Part shown: positions 48,801 to 54,682 of the stretch, piece by piece
Layout: every line of letters begins with the position of its first letter
How positions within the stretch are numbered: the first letter of the stretch is position 1
From: Candidatus Omnitrophota bacterium
GTDB lineage: Bacteria > Omnitrophota > Omnitrophia > Omnitrophales > Aquincolibacteriaceae
NCBI GenBank assembly: GCA_023247055.1
Contig: JAHFHF010000010.1
Coordinates: 1-54,682 of the forward strand
Length of the DNA stretch: 54,682 nt
Direction: 5' to 3'
Made by a program: the position numbers and the translations under genes
The notes under the pieces: generated by a model
What the model was told of the DNA's origin: nothing
The model's input: the letters and a program-made list of their open reading frames with translations, nothing else
The model's database searches: none

Positions 48801-51800
48801 GCCAACACACCTGCTTCCCCAGTTTTTAAAGCCAAAAGTTTTTTGACAACAGCCGATTTTTCTTGATGCAGATTCATATCCGAAAGTTCCAAGTTTGCTT
48901 GGAGCGCAAAAATTTTGGCCAAATGCATCATGATTTTTCCGCGGAAATCGCTTAAGGCTTGATCTTGCCATAGAATTTCGCACAGAACGCGCTGAAATAA
49001 ATCGGCTCTTGGTTTCCGCTCCGAATCCCTCAACTCGTTTAAAAGACCAACAAGCCTTGAAGTCAGCAGAGAAATCTCATAAGCTAACTCTGCACCTTTT
49101 TTCACTTCATCGTTTTGCAGTTTTAGCAGCAATTCATCCACAATTTGAACCGCCCAATCGTGGTAATAATTCCTTAACTTCAAGTCGGTTTCCGTAAATG
49201 CCTGTCCTTTGCCGGGGATTAAAATCATTCGCCGGATCTCATTGAATCTTGCCTGATCCAGCCGGCTTTTCTTTTGATCATGCATGCGGAACAGCCGAAC
49301 CAAAGTTCCTTCAAGGGGCGATTGCGTTCCATACCCTTCGATTTTTAATAATCCGAAGGCTAAAGCCTGGCTCATGGACTGAATGGCCGGCCAACCGGCT
49401 CCGGAGGCGAGGCCTTTAGCATTGGGAAGGGAAAGCGCTGTCAGGAGCGTCGCTAGCGCCGGCTCGATCGCAATGCTAGAGTCCATAACGCGGAACAAAT
49501 TGAGCAAAACAAAACCCAACTCCTGCATGGCCCAACTGTCTTCCATTGTCGCCATTGTCGCGCCCTGAATTTTTGAAAGTTCCGTCCAAGTACCCTCAAG
49601 CACTTGTTTTTGCACCTCCCCATCCTTGAGAAGGAGCACCATCCCTTTCAAACTGTTCGCTAATGATCGCCGGAGGTTGTTCATTTCTCTCGAAGGACCG
49701 GAGGTTTTTTCAAAAATACGCATAAAAATTCTCGCAGCCTGAGCGCTGCGTTCCGGGTCTTTTAAAACCACAAGCAGGTCGCGCAAGGCAAACCCAAACA
49801 TCACTTGAACGTGCTGTGTTTCAGGCGATGGCTGTAAAATCTTGTCAAATTCAGAAATCAAAGTATCCGCGGTGAGTTTTAGCAGTTCAGAATCGCCGCT
49901 TTGCCGAGCCAAGTCGGATGCTTTATCGCTTAGTTGCGCACGTCTTTGATTAATGCTTTCCGAGTCACCCTCTAATTGACGTAATTCAGCGAGTGTTTCC
50001 TGTAGTTCTAGCGGAACCCGCACTTCGGAACGCGCCGCGGCATTTTGACCAACCGCCCAAATGTCGCTGCGATCCGTGTCTGCTGGGGATTTTTTAGGCG
50101 CCGCAGGCTCCGAAGCTCTGCGGGCGTCCGCCTCCGCTTGTTGAATGGCGGCAAGCTTTGCCAACTCCAAACTTTCGATTTTGGCGAGCATCCAATTCTC
50201 ACCGTGCTCTTTTCCGGCCCGCAAGACATCATTCTGAATGATCACGATATCTTCGGCGGTTATTAAACTCCGCCCATCATACATGGCAAGAAAGTCGGAC
50301 AAAGCCTGTTTCACTTGGGTTTTTAGGGTATAGCCTTCCGTGTACAACAAAATCAGAGCTAAATAAGAAGCGATCACCGCTGTTAAATGGGAAGCCATGA
50401 TACCGCCCTCGACTCGCTGCAAAATCTGAACAAAATCCGGAATCAAGGCGGAGAGCGTTCGCGGTCCCACCCTCGTTATAGTTTCGCCCAGCGAATCGGC
50501 AATAATCCATTTTTTATAATTTGTACTATCATCCGCACCATTCATTTCGGCTAATACCCCTACAAGACGGTGGACGATTTTAGGAAGCGCCGCGCGATCA
50601 AATCTTTTTAATGTCTTCGCAAGCTTAATATTTATTCCGATTGAACCCTGGTGGCTGGCTTGCTGCAAATGGACGAGCAGCTTTTCAATGAGTCTTGTCA
50701 AAAAAGCCGGATGACGGCTTAAATTTGAAAAAATGCCCACAACACCACAGAGCACGAACATGATTCCGGGGTAAGGAGACGTCAAAAATAAATGGAACAC
50801 CCCCAAGATTGCAACGCCGCCAGACAAAGCTGTTAAAATCGTACGTTGCCTCTCAGAAATAACGGCTAAAGTTTTCAACATAGTTTTTCGGATTTCGGAG
50901 CGTGACGCAGCATTAGCCTGCGGAAATGACGGGTTATATGTTTGTGGAAGTAATGCGGCGGACGTCACGGTCCAAATATCCGTAGCCTCGGCCTCCCGCA
51001 AAACTGATTTTTTGCCGTCGGAAACCTGACTCGCCAGGTTTTCCGCCTGTTCAGCCGCAGCAATTTTATTACGCTCAAAATTTTCGATTTTTGCGAGAGT
51101 CCATTCTTCATTCTCTTTTTTACCGGGCTGCAGGATCTCATTGCGAATCAATTCAATGTCCGCCGTTGTGATTAATTGATGTCCTTTGAAGTGTATCGAC
51201 AACGCAACATCGAGACTTCGATGGATGCGAGATTTTTTTAGCGCGTAGCCTTCCAAGCGTAACAATGTATTGGCCAGGGCTGATGACGTTGCAAAGAAAG
51301 CTTCGTCGGACTCAGACTCGTTGTCCGGAATCAGGCCCCAGCTTTTGATTAAAACTTGCAATAGTTGCGGCAGATAACTCACAGTGATTTCCCTGGCGAT
51401 TCTTTCCAATGCAAGCGCAATGCGCGTCCGCTCGCGCAATACGAGGACGTCCGAAGATTCCTTCACTTTGTCCAGCCAAGCCATCAATACCACGGCTAAT
51501 GGCGGTAAATTTTTATACCCTTTACCGACTGCGATATTAAACAGCCGGGCGGTGTCGATCCTGCAAAGATCGTCCGGATTCGGGCTAAGGAGCTCATTCC
51601 AGCGTTGAAGGATTCCCGTCACGTCCGTGAGCGAGCCTCTCGACGCCATGTCAATCAACACCTTCCGAATTGCAATTTGGGCGCTGCGTGCAAAAGCCGT
51701 ATCTCTTTGGTTTACTTCAGCCAGGGCGCTGAATAAGAGATCGAGCAGTCTTTGGTAGGATTCGGTATTGATGGTATTCCGATGGGGCGTATCTTTGAGC

Positions 51801-54682
51801 GCCCCAGCGATCTCCGACCGTGTCGAATCAGCCACATCATCGGACCCGGTTACTGCTTCCATGGCATTCATCAATTGATCCAGACTCATGCGAATATATT
51901 CATCGGTCCGCACTTCAGAACGCGCCGCCGCATTCAGGCCGGCAGACCAAAGGGAGTTGTCTGAGCCAGCCGCAGGTTTTTCAGGCGGTGCGGATTCAGA
52001 GGCGCGGTTGGCGTCGGCGGCAGCGCGCTTGGCCAGTGCGAACTTCTGATCATGAAAACTTTTAAGCTGCTGCACTACCCAATCTTCACCTTTGTCTTTT
52101 CCGGGCTGCAGGATGTCACTGCGGATCGTTGCAATGTCCTCCTCGGTGATTAAACTGCGGCCCTTATCATGCAGGATTAAAATGTAAATAAGTGCGCTTT
52201 TAACTTTTGCCAGATTGCTATAACCCTCGCTCCAAAGCAGCATACTTCTTAATGCCAGGTTGGTATGCCAGCGAAGCGAACCGTTCACCTTATCGACCCC
52301 CGAAATTTGCCCCAGAGTTCTGATCAATTCAGGAATAATTTCAGGAATGACGCTGGGATCAAGATGGGGCGCCATCTCTTCGAGCGCGCGCGCCATTTCA
52401 TAATGCACAGAATTCGTATCAAATTTAAATTCTTTGAGACGTTTTAAGTTTTTCGCCAAAGCCACAGCGATCTTAGAGACAAGCGGCGTATCAACCGCCT
52501 TCGCCGCCTGCCGCAAATTGTCGACGACCTTCCAAAGACGATTCCTGGAGTCTTCTCCAGATTCGCTAAATTTCTCAAGTTGAATGAGATATTTTTCCAC
52601 AAGGGTTTGCCGCGTTATCAACTCACTAAAATAAGCGTCTGGACCCATGAAAGCATTTGTCTGAATCCATAAATAGCCTAAGGCGCCAACGCCGGCAGTC
52701 GCAAGCGCCAATCCGAGACCGTTGGAATATAAAGAAACCAAGGGGCCCAGCGCCACAAGAGCGGCTGACAAAGCGACTAAAACAGATTTGCGGATTTCGG
52801 AACGAAGGACCGCCAGATTCCCGCCAAAAACATGCGGGAATGACAAGTCGGATGTTATGGTCCAGATGCTGTTGATATCGCCGCTTAAAGGCGCGGTGGG
52901 CGGCATGATTTGCTCGGTAGCGTCTGCGGCTTTTTGTTCGCTGGCGGCCAAAGCGATGAGCTGCTTGGCATAGGCCGCAAGTTTTTGTTCCGCGGCCGCC
53001 GCATCTCCATGGGCTGACTTCAAAATCTCGACGAACCGCTCAAAAATACCGTCATCGCGCGAAAAAATATCTTCATCCTGTGATAAATCCGCAAATATAC
53101 GTTCGAGCACGAGTGAAATGGGCGCTTCCCGAGACTGACTGCCCGGCGCATCAGTCACTTCTAAACCCGCTAAGCGGGTCGCTATCGTGGCCAAGACAGC
53201 CGCCGTCAACCGGGGGTTCACAAAACTATTCTCCGATTGCTTCAAGAGGGTCACAAGCGGCGGAATCATCTCGTCAAAATACCTAGAATCGATTCTTTTG
53301 GCGATCCGCTCCATAACCAACACCATTTCTTTTGCCGCCTCAGGGCTTTTTTCCCGGACGCCGCGCACTTTTTGCAAGCCAGCCAGCATGGCGCGCAGCA
53401 TGGCGGGCAATTCAGAGGCCAGCGTTTTCTCTGCCACAACCGCCAACAGGCGGGACAAGTGGATGCGCAGATCATCATTCTCATCCAGAATTCCGGTGAT
53501 TTCGCTAAACCATTGGATCAGCAGGTCATTTATTTTTTTAAGATCAGAGGGCTCTATCTTTGCAATCATCGTACGCAAGACATTCACAATACCACTGAGG
53601 TGTTCTAAAAGTCGTTTTAGATCGGGCCGGTCGGCATGCTTAAGTTCCTCAAGTGTCGCTGTAAGGGCCGCGAGTACCTGCTTCAAATTTTCAGTGTTAA
53701 CTGCAGGGTCTTCGAGCTTGATAACCCAAGACAATCCTTTCAGGATATAAGACCGCGCGGATTCCCCTTCCGCTGTGCCGCCTTTAATCTCCTGCAACTG
53801 GACGGCGTAAGCTCGAGCAAGACGATTCGAATCAATGCCTGAAATGTTTCGGCTGTCGGCCATTTGGATTATATTCGTTAAAACTCCGGCAATAGCCGCC
53901 CGCGCTTCATTCGTGGCATCGCTAGAACCCTCGAGCTGTTCAAACGCGGCTAGTACAGTGTCAAAAACGAGCGGAGTGTCCCGCTGATGGTGGGGCCATG
54001 TCATACGGAATGTATTTTTAAGCGCGCCGGTTATCACCTGCCGCGCATAATTAGCCTCATCCGAAGATCCTTGGATTCGCTCCAGGGCATGGATGAGCGC
54101 ATTCTTAGTTCGGCTCAGGCGAAGGAGCAGTACCGCGGGTACCCAACCGTCCAGAACCATCCCAGCGAAAATTCCTTGAAGCAAGTTCGCATAAGTCCAG
54201 CGCTGAATATTCGCAGCATCGTCCGTGCCTTTCTCTAACTCTAATTTCGCAATTGCTTCGGCTGCCACGAGTTCCACGGCCGCCTGATCCGTTTCGTGTT
54301 TGAGTGCCGCGCTTATAACGCGAATCATGGCCCAGCGCGCCCAGTGCGTCCCTTCACTGACTTTTAACTGGGCCAGTCCGTTGAGAAAAATAGAATAAAA
54401 TGTTTTGGAAACACTCAAAGATTTATCATTAATGCGGCTTTCAAAAATCCTGGCAATGTCAGTCTTAGCTTCCAGGGTGTTACGATCTGCACCTTTGAGT
54501 GATTGGAATTCATCCAGCAGTTGCTGCGCATTCATGGCAGAATAGTTTTTCAGCATGCGTACTTCAGAGCGCTGGGTTGTGGTCCAAATGCCGGTGGTAT
54601 CGCCAGGCAAGTCGGGTTTGGGGGTGCCCTCGCCATTGGCTTTTTGTTCATCCATCCTAGAGGCTTGGTAGGCCGTTTCCAT
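45869..54682 (-). CDS. Giant modular alpha-helical repeat protein with seven RSE[VI]R linkers, probably 5'-truncated by the window
   Basis: Open frame of at least 2937 aa reaching the window edge; its first 42 aa resemble the tails of later modules; internal paralogous modules; no recognisable catalytic motif. Confidence 0.9.
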   Translation of the reverse strand: METAYQASRMDEQKANGEGTPKPDLPGDTTGIWTTTQRSEVRMLKNYSAMNAQQLLDEFQSLKGADRNTLEAKTDIARIFESRINDKSLSVSKTFYSIFLNGLAQLKVSEGTHWARWAMIRVISAALKHETDQAAVELVAAEAIAKLELEKGTDDAANIQRWTYANLLQGIFAGMVLDGWVPAVLLLRLSRTKNALIHALERIQGSSDEANYARQVITGALKNTFRMTWPHHQRDTPLVFDTVLAAFEQLEGSSDATNEARAAIAGVLTNIIQMADSRNISGIDSNRLARAYAVQLQEIKGGTAEGESARSYILKGLSWVIKLEDPAVNTENLKQVLAALTATLEELKHADRPDLKRLLEHLSGIVNVLRTMIAKIEPSDLKKINDLLIQWFSEITGILDENDDLRIHLSRLLAVVAEKTLASELPAMLRAMLAGLQKVRGVREKSPEAAKEMVLVMERIAKRIDSRYFDEMIPPLVTLLKQSENSFVNPRLTAAVLATIATRLAGLEVTDAPGSQSREAPISLVLERIFADLSQDEDIFSRDDGIFERFVEILKSAHGDAAAAEQKLAAYAKQLIALAASEQKAADATEQIMPPTAPLSGDINSIWTITSDLSFPHVFGGNLAVLRSEIRKSVLVALSAALVALGPLVSLYSNGLGLALATAGVGALGYLWIQTNAFMGPDAYFSELITRQTLVEKYLIQLEKFSESGEDSRNRLWKVVDNLRQAAKAVDTPLVSKIAVALAKNLKRLKEFKFDTNSVHYEMARALEEMAPHLDPSVIPEIIPELIRTLGQISGVDKVNGSLRWHTNLALRSMLLWSEGYSNLAKVKSALIYILILHDKGRSLITEEDIATIRSDILQPGKDKGEDWVVQQLKSFHDQKFALAKRAAADANRASESAPPEKPAAGSDNSLWSAGLNAAARSEVRTDEYIRMSLDQLMNAMEAVTGSDDVADSTRSEIAGALKDTPHRNTINTESYQRLLDLLFSALAEVNQRDTAFARSAQIAIRKVLIDMASRGSLTDVTGILQRWNELLSPNPDDLCRIDTARLFNIAVGKGYKNLPPLAVVLMAWLDKVKESSDVLVLRERTRIALALERIAREITVSYLPQLLQVLIKSWGLIPDNESESDEAFFATSSALANTLLRLEGYALKKSRIHRSLDVALSIHFKGHQLITTADIELIRNEILQPGKKENEEWTLAKIENFERNKIAAAEQAENLASQVSDGKKSVLREAEATDIWTVTSAALLPQTYNPSFPQANAASRSEIRKTMLKTLAVISERQRTILTALSGGVAILGVFHLFLTSPYPGIMFVLCGVVGIFSNLSRHPAFLTRLIEKLLVHLQQASHQGSIGINIKLAKTLKRFDRAALPKIVHRLVGVLAEMNGADDSTNYKKWIIADSLGETITRVGPRTLSALIPDFVQILQRVEGGIMASHLTAVIASYLALILLYTEGYTLKTQVKQALSDFLAMYDGRSLITAEDIVIIQNDVLRAGKEHGENWMLAKIESLELAKLAAIQQAEADARRASEPAAPKKSPADTDRSDIWAVGQNAAARSEVRVPLELQETLAELRQLEGDSESINQRRAQLSDKASDLARQSGDSELLKLTADTLISEFDKILQPSPETQHVQVMFGFALRDLLVVLKDPERSAQAARIFMRIFEKTSGPSREMNNLRRSLANSLKGMVLLLKDGEVQKQVLEGTWTELSKIQGATMATMEDSWAMQELGFVLLNLFRVMDSSIAIEPALATLLTALSLPNAKGLASGAGWPAIQSMSQALAFGLLKIEGYGTQSPLEGTLVRLFRMHDQKKSRLDQARFNEIRRMILIPGKGQAFTETDLKLRNYYHDWAVQIVDELLLKLQNDEVKKGAELAYEISLLTSRLVGLLNELRDSERKPRADLFQRVLCEILWQDQALSDFRGKIMMHLAKIFALQANLELSDMNLHQEKSAVVKKLLALKTGEAGVLADIFMASRSEPELLDRLDRYGEQMEALSQSAQLDAERSKASEGDRRLAPGTDAGNIWTATSASVRSEVRSSLRAQLDRVLESAKKINQNDIYQGLEPYWKTEEALAEIIWSVPLSQLNAVEAWMNAVLGRWQHSERITQIVEYGLRQLDYRRHPAKLTELKTRIRAMVERGREMQKEFSGINSERIDFRNKISKQVEEIRDRDMQRLVADFFMDEFGEIQEPLSEAKHALEMLSLELRNVLYALKDPERTAKVAKLFTAVFSVTEGSSHEINGLRRSLGASLFLIVQFLKDVEMQKQLLNAVLAELSKIQGDDVHASWAMQELGYVVRELFRHMDTSNSRERALTQVLALLPIPDAVDEAAGAGRLAIQSFGSALAVEVLRYEGYGNQSSLEATLSRLYGMRDHKKSRLDRARFDAIKQILVVGKTRNVTEVEADLKRYYHAWSVQIMDELLGKLQTEPITQQQVSNFEIRALVKMLADLFETELDVSEQAARRGLLQNGLCDVFFKIKDGSGSSLLQAATTREKIAKRLVRMFAFNAGVGPEKTREWGSEAVIKKLLDLNRGKSEALADIFMAANSTEQLLDRLGRYGEQMEALSQSEQLDAQRSEASEGDRRMTSGTDAGNIWTATLASMRSEVRLIADQLEQQEPQAQMIAHNLTVIRQARTAVQEISHAIAAQVFENIDARRAQALSRTDAWVEAMLALPKENQSKPLAVFGDTFSAYGVLRSAESERALNHFGDRLAQILNAADIPTKEGIGLPGQAVGDAKADFSHAQDLLAVILSMKEKVMMDYELTAEWNSREDRQALYQGLVDAAMNAALLNPNLSIRIAAPDRSVKGEMMKLLSRGDPTKVRMLRSQGRIRIMDAREMAADLNLQGPADLAISSRPAESLRLRKTRVSLDGAEYANRQKITASPEASPAQLLLAGLAALSEKTVRGLIKNSDYMIQIADEQTLRDFEMLTHLLAQEAAKQARVQAAA

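Noticed and set aside
54680-54682. ATG at the window edge as the true start of the giant ORF
   Set aside because: Upstream sequence is unavailable and the first 42 aa look like the tail and linker of a preceding module
45869-54682. Inteins, NRPS/PKS, RTX or Rhs identity for the giant ORF
   Set aside because: No intein splice motifs, adenylation/KS motifs, GGxGxD or YD repeats were seen

Overview
A 54.7-kb bacterial chromosomal window, mostly minus-strand genes. The lineage is inferred, not proven; the giant modular ORF, the TsaC-phosphatase fusion and the long-ACP type II cluster suggest PVC-superphylum/Omnitrophota-like. Housekeeping content: MMPL transporter, PuuD-like protein, dinB, three exported proteases with an orphan gspK, a CusRS-like two-component system, thiO-like oxidase, nrdR, glyA, rpiB, tsaC-LMW-PTP fusion, purE-D-M-F-L-Q-S-C-B, tRNA-Glu(CTC), lnt, secA and a frameshifted prfB. 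Most notable: (1) a giant ORF of at least 2937 aa, cut by the window edge, built from helical-repeat modules separated seven times by an [IL]W...RSE[VI]R linker that is conserved at protein but not codon level, a candidate processed polyprotein. (2) A Cys-rich Crp/Fnr regulator followed by three promoters, each with a TGTGA-N6-TCAC[AT] box at the class II (-41.5) position. (3) A stand-alone type II KS/CLF-like lipid cluster with a reductase, a methyltransferase and a glycosyltransferase. (4) Several families of structured small repeats: REPIN-like doublets with co-varying arms, and four unrelated 60-83-bp hairpin tandem duplications, some overlapping genes. (5) A tRNA with a compensatory G19:C56 to A19:U56 swap. 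All functional calls come from motif recognition by eye; no searches were run.
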